64,000 nt of DNA, taken from contig NC_043024.1 of assembly GCF_006345805.1 (NCBI RefSeq), forward strand, positions 17,484,001 through 17,548,000, given 5' to 3'. This DNA comes from Octopus sinensis (Eukaryota). A program made the position numbers and the translations under genes. Positions 51,190 through 63,140 of the stretch are shown here, piece after piece. How positions within the stretch are numbered: position 1 is the first letter of the stretch; each line of letters begins with the position of its first letter. The notes beneath the pieces are model-generated. The model worked only from the letters and a program-made list of their open reading frames with translations, had not been told where the DNA came from and did not search any database.

Positions 51190-51680
51190 TTACCAGTATT
51201 TCATCCGTCCTTACGTTCTGAGTTCAAATTCCACCAAGGTCAACTTTGTCTTTCATCCCTAGGGTGGCGAGCTGGTAGAATCATTAGTACACCGGGCGAA
51301 ATGCTTAGCAGTATATCATCTGCTCCCATGTCCTGAGTTCAAATTCTGATGAGGTCAACTTTGCCTTTCATACTTTCAGAGTCGATAAGTTAAGTACCAG
51401 TGAAATACTGGGGTCAATGTAATCGACTATCCCCCTCCCTACAAATTCCAGGCCTTGTGCCTATAGTAGAAAGGAGCTGGCAGAATTGTTAGGAAGCCAG
51501 GCAAAATGCTGAGCAGTATTTCATCCTTCCTATCTCTTAGTTCAAATCACGCCAAGGTTGACTTTGCCTTTCATCCTTTCAAAGTCCATGAAATAAGTAC
51601 CAGTTATGCACTGGGGTCAATGTAATCGACTAGCCCCTTCTCCCACAAAATTTTCAAGGCCTTGTGCCTAGAGTAGAAAT
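51190..51680 (+). mobile_element. Cluster of three family B SINE units
   Basis: Repeated gagttcaaat...actttgcctttcat...aagtaccag units with ...ggccttgtgccta.agtagaaa tails. Confidence 0.8.
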
Positions 51681-52249
51681 AATTATCATTATCTGTCTAG
51701 TGGTTAAGGCAAAAGATGTGTGGTGGACAAGACTGAAAGGATTGGGGAAAGACACCTTCCTCTCCAGTTAAGCTCTCATCAACTTTTTTTGTAAAGGAGA
51801 GCAAAGTGCTCTCCCTCTCTCTCTCACTCTTTCTCTCCTTCTCCCACTCCCTCTCTCCCTCTCTCTCACTCTCTCTGTCCCAGTGAATTTGTGAAAAGAT
51901 GGGTGACTGTAACAAAAACGGTCAGAGTAAAGTGCCCTACTCTAAGTAAGCAAGGAGAACAGAAGAGAGGGCTTGTGTCTTTGCTGGTTAGGATAATCCT
52001 GGATATGTTGAGGTTGTTTGATTGGCCCTAGCTGAAGTTTCTCTTGTATCAAGAGGGCTGCATTGTTCATAATATCACAAACTACGCACACCTTTTATAT
52101 CATTTAACTGTCTTTTCCATTTCTTTCTCCTTATCTTTTATGTACATCCCCACACAAATTGCAGTCTGTATTGTTGTCTGTCCTTGAGATGTCCCCCTCA
52201 TCTATACTCCTGCAGCTGATAAAAGAAATTATCATTATTATTTTCCCTT

Positions 52250-52405
52250 TAATCACAGGTTTTGTTGTAACTCCTGGTATCTTTCATGCATAGCAAGTTT
52301 GCTGCCTGCAGCCCACAGTACCCTGATATGTGTTCTTTTCAACTATCTCATACTTTCCTGGTTATTCTGACCATGCCAAGGAGGCAAACTTTTCATAATA
52401 GTTCC
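52250..52405 (-). mobile_element. Short R4/Dong 3' end
   Basis: Minus strand reads ELL*KVCLLGMVRITRKV; adjacent to (ATT)n at 52405-52478. Confidence 0.55.
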
Positions 52406-52477
52406 ATTATTATTATTATTATTATTATTGTCATTATTATTATTATTATTATTATTGTCATTATTATTATTATTATT

Positions 52478-52851
52478 ACTACCTCCAGCCTAGTGAAGGC
52501 GGGGGTCCTGTTTTCAGTCACATTTGTCTGTTTGTTTGTCCATGAACAAGATATCTCAAGAACTGCTGAATGGATTTGGATGAAACATTCAGGAATGTTT
52601 GACCTCGTGACTAGCACAAACTGATTAGATTTTGGGATCAATCTGGTACCAAACAAGGATTCTGGATTATTTTTCTGTTTTTTTTTTTACTTAATTTTTG
52701 AGAGTGGTCAAGTTCATTTTTAGTATTCTCGTTTGTGAGAGCAGTCAAGTTTATTTCAGATTTTCTCCTTTTAAAAATGATATCTGGCTAATCGTTGAGA
52801 GGACATTGGTGTTGCCTTGGCAGAGGTTTGTGCTCTCTGAGTGCGCTTGTT
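52478..52851 (+). mobile_element. Helentron-associated non-autonomous element (HINE/DINE-1-like)
   Basis: Subterminal IRs acctccagcc and cttggcagaggt, an internal (GTTT/GTCT)n tract, a 3' short hairpin, and TT-rich termini. Confidence 0.6.
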
Positions 52852-52854
52852 ATT

Positions 52855-53170
52855 ATTATTATTCAGTTGTCTTATTTTGATCACATGCTTTCACTGCACT
52901 ACCAGGCACTGCTCTGTGTGCCTTGGGTATGTGCTGTGGTTTGTTGTGGTGCTCTTATTTCCACTCTATTAAAAGTGCTTTACATTGGAGGTGTGTGGTG
53001 CCTAGTGGTGCTATTTTCAATATGTTACATACACTTGTAAGTCCGGGTGTTTTGGTTATGTATTTGTCTGAATGTTTTTTTATCATACCTAATGCACTTA
53101 TTATTATAGGGATTGTTTCTGTTATTAGGCTCCACATTTGAGTTACCTCTATTTACAGATCTTTGTATCA
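52855..53170 (-). mobile_element. R4/Dong 3' end, same family as 4500-6352
   Basis: Translates to KDL*IEVTQMWSLITETIPIIISALGMIKK..ILKIAPLGT. Flanked by (ATT)n on both sides. Confidence 0.8.
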
Positions 53171-53187
53171 TCATTATTATTATTATA

Positions 53188-53225
<38 letters not shown>

Positions 53226-55182
53226 CATTATTACTACTACTACTACTACTGGTAGTAGTAGTAGTAGTGTGTGTCCTGTTCAAGTACAGTGCTGGCCCAG
53301 TACATTGCTGTCCCCATGAACTGCCCACAAGACTGATGCATATGTCATCGTCCAAATGGTCAATTCTGGAGCAAACCTCCATATTTGATGCTATTCTAAA
53401 GGAAAATGTGTGCCATGGGCTGATGCTGTTAAAAGCAGTGAATGGACAGCTGACCTAAAACTGACCACAGTGGACAGTACTAGTCAAGGAAATTACCTAG
53501 AATCCTAAGGTAATGTGATGTTATAAAGAGGAGAGTGGAGTGTCTGTGCATCTTTCCAGCTGTTTTGTCTTTCCTTCTACAATATATTGACCCTTTATTG
53601 ACCCTTTGGTATTCTGTGGTCAGTGGATATCCATCAATGGGTCACTGGAACCTTTCCCAACTTCCACCTTTTCACACATGGGATGAAATCTTCTCATCAC
53701 AGTTTCTCTTCATGAGGGTTTGAACTCTGACACTGCAGTTAACTCAAGGCCACAGAGGTACTTCTGTATGATTGCTCTGCTTGCTAGAAATAACAGTCAA
53801 ATTGTACCCCACCCCAACACCTGGGTTAAAGAACAAGAAAATGGTTCATTCATTAATGTTGCCCAAGATGCTTCCAAAATTAATGGGATTGTCATGGTCG
53901 GAATGCATTTTATCTTAGGTCTGCCCTCCTCTCAAAACGTTGGTTACTCTATATCTGAAGAGCAGCAACAACTTAACAAATATTTGTGACTCTGTTCCCC
54001 CACTTGAGCCATCGAAGGAAGCCTGTACAAGGTCAGTCTCACTCAGCTTGCTAGAAGTAGCAGCCAAATCCCCCACAGGAAGAGCATATTCAGTAATACA
54101 GTGCAGGATAGAATATTCTTTAAAAACATAGCATGGGACACTCAAAGTTATCATACTCTCAGCTATGGACGTGTGTCTGCTCAACAGAGTCCCACAACAT
54201 CAGTTGTAATGTTACCACCATTTGCAGGAATGTGTAGTCCTGAAGCTGTGGAACCTAATTACAGCTAGGTAGACAGAGCCATTTGAGAGTGAAGGTATCT
54301 GGACTGAAGTCACAATTGCAATGTATAATGACAGTCTTAGGATTAGAACCTGTAATCTCTTCCTTCACCACCCTTCTTTATCTTATCAACTCATTCCTCT
54401 GCTGCGGTTCTCAATGCAGATATTATATCTATATATAATCAATACCTTAACTAACCTTGCCATAACAGACCAATCAGTTACCATTCAGGTATTGATTTCT
54501 GAGAAGCAAAGCAATACACCACTGAGATCATAGAAAACATCAGGTGGGGAGGGGAGGTGGCCAGTGGGGAAGGAGTTGGGAGGTGGAGATCGCTGTTGGG
54601 CCTCTTTATAAAATTTAATGATTTTTGGGAGAGGCATAAACACCATACCACACGCCATTAATTCCTAGATGAGCCACCAAATAGTCCTTTCCCTGGTGGT
54701 CAAGCCTGCTAAAAACAGCCACTCCTCCCTCTAATTAATAATAATAATAATAATGAAAATAATAATAATCCTTTCTACAATAGGCACAGGGCCTGAATTT
54801 TTATGGGAGGGCACTAGTCAATTATATTGACCCCAGTGTTTCACTGGTACTAAATTTATTGACCCCTGAAAGGATGAAGGGTAAAGTCGACCTTGGCAGA
54901 TTTTGAACTCAGAACACAGCAAAGGGTGAATAATAATAATAATAATAATAATGGTTTCAAATTTTGGCACAAGGCCAACAATTTAGGAGAAGGAAGAAGT
55001 CTATTACGTTGATCCCCAGTATTCAACTGGTACCTATTTTATTGATCTTGAGAGGGATGAACAGCAAAGTAGACCTTGGTAGAATCTGAACTCAGGTCAT
55101 AAAGACAGACGAAATGCTGCTAAGCATTTTGTCTGGCATGTTAATGATCCCACCAATAATAATAACAACAACAACAACAAAT

Positions 55183-55732
55183 GCTCTGATGCAGTATCAA
55201 GCAGTGGCTCTCACAACTTCTGATCTTAACTGAAGTGTTATCCTGTACATTGTTTTGTCTTGGTATAAAAGATGGGCTACAGCAAATATTCTGCTCAATA
55301 CCACAGATTTGCTTGTCGGTTGTTTGACCTTAACCAGTTGAGCATGTCCCTTAGTGGCTGATGATATGTGCATCTCTGATCATGAGCAGAAGTAGTGGGG
55401 GAGCATCATAGCCATGTGTTGAGAGGAATTCTTTGGGGTTTGGATAATTCGCCTCTGGAAACATGAGTGTTTCATTCAACATCCTTAAACAACCCTTATT
55501 CAGGGATCTTTCGGAGTGGGATGGGCTACTTGACCTGAAGAAAATTCTAACTGGGCCCCACTTACAAGGTCATGTGCTGTTTATCTTCATATGAGATCAC
55601 CATGTTGTGCACATATGGTTGTGATGCATGTGCATAGTGTACCCTTATCAGATGGGTAGTTATGATGGGTATACTGGGCTTTGTATATATTATCCCAGTG
55701 TCACTTTGATGGCATGCATTGCTCTCTCGCTC

Positions 55733-55762
<30 letters not shown>
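55183..55762 (+). mobile_element. Family F SINE-like element, full length
   Basis: Runs from gctctgatgcagtatcaagcagtggctctc to gctctctcgctc(aat)n, with an (AAT)/(AAC) run immediately 5'. Confidence 0.85.
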
Positions 55763-55763
<1 letters not shown>

Positions 55764-56129
55764 CCATATAAAAAGTACCCAGTCCACACTGTAAAGTGTT
55801 TGGCATTTGGAAAGGCATCCAGCCGTAAAAACCTTGCCAAAACTGACCTTGCCTGTGTTTGTGTTACATAAAAAGCACTAAGTCCACTCTGCTGAGTGGT
55901 TGGTGTAAGGAAGAGCATCCAGCTGTAAAAACCATGCCAAAACAGACGCAGAAGTCTGGTTCAGACTCCTGTCAAACCATCTAACCCATGCCAGGATGGA
56001 AGGCAGATGTTAAATGATGATGATGATGATTAGAAAAAGTATCCAAAAGCGCATGCAAAGTTCACACAAGAATTCACAGGAAGTGATCAGGAAAAAAAAG
56101 TTGTTAAACACAAACGGTTTGGGGTGGGG

Positions 56130-56330
56130 TGGTATCATGTGTACTGCTGGAGCAGTTCAGGAAGTATGGAAGTTTTGAAGGATGTACTCTCCTGACAGCT
56201 AATAACTGAAGCGGGTAGTTTATGCCATGCTTCAACAATTCTGAACTTGAAAAAAAGTTACAGGTACCTCTGTTGCTTTCTGATTTTCTAAGCATGTCCA
56301 CAAGTATTAGACTTATGGAATTCAAAAAGC
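56130..56330 (-). mobile_element. CR1/L2-type LINE ORF2 C-terminus
   Basis: Minus strand reads FFSSRIVEAWHKLPASVISCQESTSFKTS-like, matching the FFS.RVV..WN.LP motif. Confidence 0.65.
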
Positions 56331-58844
56331 TGCCGTTGTTTTAAATGAAAAAACATAAGAGTTTTCTTCAAACTTTCATCTCATATTTCAAAAAATATTC
56401 TGACAGTTGATATTCCAAGAGAAAACCAGGCTCAGTTTACCAGCTGATGATCAGAAATGAGTAACTCTGAGTACCGAAATGGGAACCTTTCATTTATTAA
56501 AGAACACTCTACATTCGTATTGAGTCCTGTAATTTATCTCTTTTAATGAGTCAACAGAAATTTGTGTGTATGTGCATGCATAGGTGTGTGTGCCTGTGTG
56601 TGTGTGTGTGTGTGCGTGCACATAGGTGTGTGTGTGTCTGTGCGCATGTGTATGTTTTGTGTGTATGTTGTTTGTGTTTCTGTGTGTATGCATGCATAAG
56701 TGTGTATGTATCTGTGTGTGTGTATGTGCATGTGTGTGTGTGTGTGTGTGTGTGCCTCCTTGTTTTGACAAAGCATGATTGTTGTAAATGGATCTCATTC
56801 ATTTTCATTCATTATCATCCGCTTTCCATGCTAGCATGGGTTGGATGGTACGATCGGGGTCTGGGAAGCCAGATGGCTGCACCAGGCTCCAATCTGATCT
56901 GGCAGAGTCTCTACAGCTGGATGCCCTTCCTAACGCCAACCACTCCATGAGTATAGTGGGTGCCTTTCACATGCCACTGGCACAGGAGCCAGAGGAGGCT
57001 GGCAACTGCCACGATCAGTTGGTGCTTTTTACGTGCCACTGGCATAGGCCATGTTTGGACGGTGCTCTTAACATGCCACCAGCACAGGTATCACAACTAC
57101 AATTTCAATTTGATTTTTATTTTGATGTTCATTATTCTGTGAAAACATGTCTGACCATTGTGGTGAGGGTGATTACTAACCTGCTTGGAAACGGGTAAGG
57201 GCTGCTGACAGGAAGAGCATCCAGCCATAGATAATCTGTATCAATAAATGCCATCCAAGTCCTGCAAGCATGGAAGAGGGGACATTAAAAAGACAACATT
57301 GCTTTTTGTGTATTTTCCTTTTTTCAACATACAACTGTATCTTCAGCAATTCTGCTGTTCAGACAATTTGCTGATGATTGGAAAATATTTCTGTCTGGTA
57401 CATTTCCAATATTTGGTGTTCAAATTGATAACACAATCAGAAGTGCAACACCCTCCCCCACTAAATTAAGTGTATTCTCTGATAAACCTATCTGATCAAT
57501 AACACGATTTTCTGTAAAGCAAATAATCCAGAGGAAGGCAACAGGGAGCCCTATTTCCTGAAAGTTCCCAGACAAATTCATAAAGGATGATTCCAAGAGA
57601 TGGTTCATTGATCTGCTGTTTTGCAGAAATGAATCTTTGGTGAATATGTATATAGATTGCACTGCTGTTTAATCCCAGCCCAGCCATAGCCACCCCATCT
57701 TAATTTCAGGTAGTGTCTATCTTGGATTGCATATTCAATATTTAATATGTGTAAGAGAGTAAACTGGGAGAAACGTTAGCACACCCGGGCGAAATGCTTA
57801 GCAGCATTTCATCTGCTGTTACACTCTGAGTTCAAATTCCACTGATGTCAACTTTGTCTTTCATCCTTTCGGGGTCAATAAATTAAGTACCAGTCAAGTG
57901 ATGAGGTCGATGTGGTAGACTTAATCCCTTTGTCTATCCTTGTTTGTCCCCTCTATGTTTAGCCGCTTATGGGCAATAATGAAATAAGAAACATTTGCAT
58001 GCCAGGCGAATGTTTTGTGGTATTTCGTCTATCTTTACATTCTGAGTTCAAATTCCATTGAGGTTGACTTTGCCTTTCCTCCTTTCGGGGTCGATAAATT
58101 AAGTACCTGCTGCATACTGGGGTTGATCTAATCAGCTGGCCCCTCGCCCTAAGTTTCAGGCCTTGTGCTTAGAGTAGCAAATAATATTTAATATGTGCTT
58201 TCCTTTTTAAAATAATTAATTTTTTTAGTTGTTGTTGTATTATTTTAATTACAAGTTGGTCCTGATTGAGTAGAACTACATTTAAAGGCATTCCATCTAT
58301 GACAATCCCCTCTTTAGTGGATTTCTCTTTTTTTGAATAATCCAATAATATCATTGTTTTGTTTTTGTTGCTAAGAAACAAGGAAAGTATTTCTTCCCCA
58401 TTTCAGACCCAGCACCAGCACATCTCCTTCCCCAGGTCATGTTTTATAAACTCCTCATCTGCCTCCTGTTTCATGCAACAAAACAGAACAAGAAAAGAAA
58501 AGCAAAAGATTATTTTAATGAAACTGCTGTTAATTATGTGCAGTGGTTAATTATCCAGATGTCCTCAGATTATCACATTGAGCATATGTCCCCTTTTTAG
58601 ATGTTTGTGTAGGCTTGAACCCCATTACCCTTTTACTTTTTTACTTGTTTCAGTCATTTGACTGCAGCCATGCTGGAGCACCGTCTTTAGTCAGGCAAAT
58701 CGACCCCGGGACTTATTCTTTGTAAGCCTAGTACTTATTCTATCACTCTCTTTTGCTGAACTGCTAAGTTACGGGGACGTAAACACACTAGCATCAGTTG
58801 TCAAGCAATATTGGGGGGACAAACACAGACACAAAAACATATAC

Positions 58845-58875
<31 letters not shown>

Positions 58876-59369
58876 CATATACACGATGGGCTTCTTTCAG
58901 TTTCCGTCTACCAAATCCACTCACAAGGCTTTGTTTGGCCTGAGGCTATAGTAGAAGACACTTGCCCAAGATGACACACAGTGGGACTGAACCTGGAACC
59001 ATGAGCTACTTACCACACAGCCACTCCTACGCCCTTTGTTAAATTTTTATGGAAAGAATGAAATTACATTGGACCTTGTTACATCATCAGTCATCTTTTT
59101 CTATTCACTGATGAAACAATATCCTCCTACACATAGACATTTGTGTAGACTAGTGCCCTCTATATCTAAATTACTAAAGAAGCTGAGGACTTCTAGAATG
59201 AAATTATTTTGGACCTTCCTACATCATCAGTCATCTTTTTCTATTCACTGATAAGTAACTGTTTAATATTTTTTCATTGCAACAAAGATTTTTTAAAAAT
59301 CTGTTTAAAATATAAATATTTTACATCATTTAAATGTTTATTCCTAAAACAATCTCGACCCCTCTAAAC

Positions 59370-59684
59370 CAGACATTCCCAAACTTTTTGGGCCACCGCC
59401 CCCTCATGGCCACATAATACCATCAGTGCCCCCCACCCCTATTTTTATGTACTCTTTTTACTCTTTTACTCTTTTACTTGTTTCAGTCATTTGACTGGCC
59501 ATGCAGGAGCACCGCCTTTAGTCGAGCAAATCGACCCCAGGACTTATTCTTTGTAAGCCTAGTACTCATTCTATCGATCCCTTTGCTGAACCACTAAGCT
59601 ACGGGGACGTAAACACACCAGCATCGGTTGTCAAGCGATGTTGGGGAGAGAAACTCAAACATACAAACATATACACACACACAT

Positions 59685-59717
<33 letters not shown>

Positions 59718-60077
59718 CGACGGGCTTCTTTCAGTTTCCGTCTACCAGATCCACTCACAAGGCTTTGGTCGGCCCGAGGCTATAGTAGAAGACACTTGCC
59801 CAAGGTGCCACGTAGTGGGACTGAACCCAGAACCATGTGGTCCGTAAGCAAGCTACTTACCACGCAGCCATTATTTGATATTTAGTATATTATGTAATTT
59901 GTATACAGTACTATAATAATATTATAATGAATTCATAGTCTCCCCCAAGCCACTGCCTTCCTCCCAATGCCTCCTTTTTCTCTATGCACCCCCCACCCGC
60001 CCATTTAGGCACCAGCGCCCTCCTGGACCATCTCAACGCCCACTGGGGGCTGGTCACACCCACTTTGAGAACCTATG
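59370..60077. mobile_element. hAT (Charlie-like) MITE with nested family A SINE
   Basis: TSD CTCTAAAC (59362-59369) and CTCTAAGC (60078-60085). Ends cagacattcccaaact and revcomp cataggttctcaaagt. The SINE lies at 59447-59872. Confidence 0.7.
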
Positions 60078-60603
60078 CTCTAAGCACTCAGTTTGCCTTG
60101 ACGCTTGCTGTGCCCCCTTCTTAACTCATGATGCCCCACCCCATGCCACCTTCCAGAAGGAGGGTAGGATGGGAAAAAAAGCCACCAAATGTAATTTAAG
60201 GAACATTTAGCTGCTATTTTTAGCTGACTGCATACACCATATTGATTTAATTAAGATATCATTTTCTGGAATAGCATGGTGCAAAATTTGGAGAGAGTCT
60301 GGCTGTTATTTTTAGCATGACAAATGATCATTAATTCTTTGTTGGTTTAAGATGGAGTTTGGCTGCTATTTCTAGAAGGTTGGGATTATAGGGGGTCAGA
60401 CTATAAGACTCTCACTTTTAGAATTAAAACTATTGAGATGATGGTATTGCTCTGCCAGATACTTATCTCTTTGTCTACAGCACTTATTGACCACAGAACA
60501 AATCAATAATTGATCACTTGGTCCTCACACTCTCCTTCTCCCCTCTTCTGCTACACACACACACACACACACACACACATGCATGCGCACATGTACACAC
60601 AAT

Positions 60604-60645
<42 letters not shown>

Positions 60646-60912
60646 ACACACACACATACAATCACACATATATGCACACACAATCACACACATGCTTGCA
60701 CGCACACACACACACATGCAAACACACACGATCACATACACACACAGACACATATGATCATACACACACACACACACACACAAAACCAATTCAATTTGAA
60801 CAAAGATTTTTATAAGTGTCAATCAACTAATAATATACATTTGCGTGTGTGTGTAAATATGTATATACATTATACACACACACATATACATATATATATG
60901 TGCGTATATATA

Positions 60913-60950
<38 letters not shown>

Positions 60951-60983
60951 CATATGTGTAATATATATATATATATATATATA

Positions 60984-61220
60984 TAAATGAAAGAATGGAG
61001 TCGAACGAAGATGTTAACAAAATTCCTTTACTCTCGACACATGTTTCGAAGACAGCATATTTTCATTCCGAAGGAATAAAAGGTGCATTATGCAATCTTC
61101 TCATCAGGAAAGAAAAGGAGCCTCTCTCAACAACAAGACAAACAAAAATTTCGATGATTGTCTACATGGTAACCAAAGGAATTTTGTTAACATCTTCGTT
61201 CAACTCCATTCTCTCATTTA
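60984..61220. mobile_element. Penelope-like short element with 46-bp inverted repeat
   Basis: 60984-61029 versus the reverse complement of 61175-61220 shows 2 mismatches. It encloses a hammerhead motif. Confidence 0.8.
61024..61119 (-). ncRNA. Canonical type I hammerhead ribozyme with extended stem II
   Basis: TCCTTT-T-CTTTC-CTGATGA-GAAGAT..GTCTTC-GAAA-CATGT-GTC|GAGAG-T-AAAGGA. All core nucleotides are present, with G10.1-C11.1 and a GUC cleavage triplet. Confidence 0.85.
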
Positions 61221-62627
61221 TTCGTATACAACACACACATTTCTACACATGAACCCGGAGTTTCTACCCTTGACAGGTCGCTTCAACTGTGTTTCCTGAC
61301 GTGAATTTGCTACCCAGGTTTCGGTTAAACGAATTTTCCATGCTGACGATAAACATAGGATAATTCATTCACCTACTTAAATATATATATTTATATATAA
61401 TATATATATATATATATATGCATATACACACACACACACACATATGCATATATATGTGTGTGTGTTTCCACTTTTCCCTGCCATTTTTGATTGAATAGGT
61501 TGTCACTAACGGAATCACTTCATATTTCATCTCACTGCTGTCATATTCGACCGAGTTGATGCTTTGCTCATAAAATGTGTGGATATATGACTGTGTGTAT
61601 AATGTTTATATATGTATATATATGCATGTAATTGGTCAGTTGTTCATACATTGGAACCAGAATCACACTCTGGAAAAATTGTTTACGGCAGTAATGTTTA
61701 CAATTCACAGCCCAGGGTTCACCAGTCACTGCATTCCCCACTCCCACACTCTTTGCATCCTTGTGAAGTCTCTACTCCCTAATCATGCACCTTTTGCAAT
61801 ACCTACCATTTATATTCTGACCCCTGTACCTTAAGGGTATGACCAGGGACTTTGCTACCGTCTATTTCTTTCTCTTGTTCTGCTCTACCACTCCACTTTT
61901 TTCTGATCCCTATTCTTGATGAGTATGCTCTGACACTTTGCCATCATCTCTCTCCTGCTCCCTCTTTCGCTTGCCCTTCCATCTGGCTGGGGAACCATGT
62001 ATCTCCTCTAAGGTAACACACCTGTTTCTCTCTCCATTCTTGATCTTTCTCTCTCTCTCTCTCTCTCTGAGCAGGTAACCATGTACCTCTAAAAAAACAC
62101 ACCTGTTTCTGTCTCTCTGTCACACTCTAGCCTTTCATCATCTCGTACAAGATCCCTTCCTCCAAATCCCCCTACCCTCTCAAAGGATCTTTGTAATGCA
62201 AGTTACTTGGTGACCCTTCCGGTGTTGGTGCCACATAAAAAGCACTCAGTCAACTCTACCCAGTGGTTGGCATTAGGAAGGGCCTCCAGCCATCAAAACC
62301 ATGCCAAAACACACACTAAAGCCTGGTGCAGTCTTCTGCCTAGCCAGCTTTTGTCAACCTGTCCAACCCATGCCAGCATGGAAAGCAGATATTAAAGGAT
62401 GATGGTGATGATGAAAAGTGTGGAAAAGTTCCTGATTTTGAGTTAAAGAAAATACAGGGGGATCTGTTAACTATGAGTATTTCAACGTATTCCCCACTCA
62501 GATTCACACACTTATTGCAACAGTCCTTCAGTTTTTCTATGTCCTGTAAAAAAACTCAGGTTAGGTCTCCAACCAAGCCTTTTGCAATACCCTTAAAGCC
62601 AGGGACTTTTCAGCACATCCTCATGTG

Positions 62628-62680
<53 letters not shown>

Positions 62681-62959
62681 GTATGTATAAATCTTTTTCT
62701 TTTTATTTGTTTTAGTCATTGAACTGTGACCATGCTGGGGCACCACCTTGAAGAATTTTGTTATTTCTTAAGTCTAGTACTTATTCTATCTGTGTATTTT
62801 GCCTAAAAACTAAGTTACAAAGATGTAAACAAACCAACACCGGTTATCAGGTGGGTGTAGAGAACCAACACAAACACACACACTCACATAAACTAAACTT
62901 AACTGAACTACACCCCTCATATTGTATATATATATATATATATATATATGCCATGATAG

Positions 62960-63140
62960 ATCGTTAGCCACAACACATTTTTTTTCTCGCCTTGTTTCTT
63001 TCTGTGTCCCTTTCTGTAGAAGAGCATAGGCTCGAAACGTAAAAGACTTTCTATTCCTGAGCGTTATACTAATACATCTGTTTGTTTTGTACACCACCTG
63101 TCTTCGTCTATTGTTTTTTTTTTGCAAATCTCCCTATATA
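62960..63140 (+). mobile_element. Family H Penelope-like short element, best-preserved copy
   Basis: Shares its tail (gagcgttatactaatacatctgtttgtt...acaccacctgtcttc) with copies at 9299, 47285 and 48094. Confidence 0.7.
63010..63045 (+). ncRNA. Hammerhead-like motif with A6U core variant
   Basis: CTTT-CTGTAGA-A-GAGC-ATAG-GCTC-GAAA-C-GTA|AAAG. Stems I and II pair perfectly. Confidence 0.6.

Noticed and set aside
53915-54184. 89-aa minus-strand ORF with protein-like composition
   Set aside because: Its core (gagatttggctgctacttctagc) is the family I repeat seen elsewhere in the window.
56444-56490. CTGATGA-TCAGA..TCTGA-GTACC-GAAA hammerhead-like string
   Set aside because: Five extra nucleotides lie between the hairpin and GAAA, and there is no NUH triplet or stem I pairing.
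57496-57693. Minus-strand ORF containing SLGIILYEF, resembling protein kinase subdomain IX
   Set aside because: It lacks the preceding DxW and the downstream PF motifs, has no convincing splice borders, and a 9-aa match is expected by chance.
58407-58435. Plus-strand 29-nt microexon (tttcag|...CCAG|gtcatg)
   Set aside because: The donor GTCATG is weak and the length is not a multiple of three; the minus-strand acceptor nearby is stronger.
9462-60990. The many YI/CV/HT/II-rich ORFs in the track (e.g. 11899-12857, 17391-18164, 29673-30395, 35643-36215)
   Set aside because: They are translations of (TA)n, (TG)n, (CA)n and (ATT)n tracts that lack stops by construction; no domain-like content.
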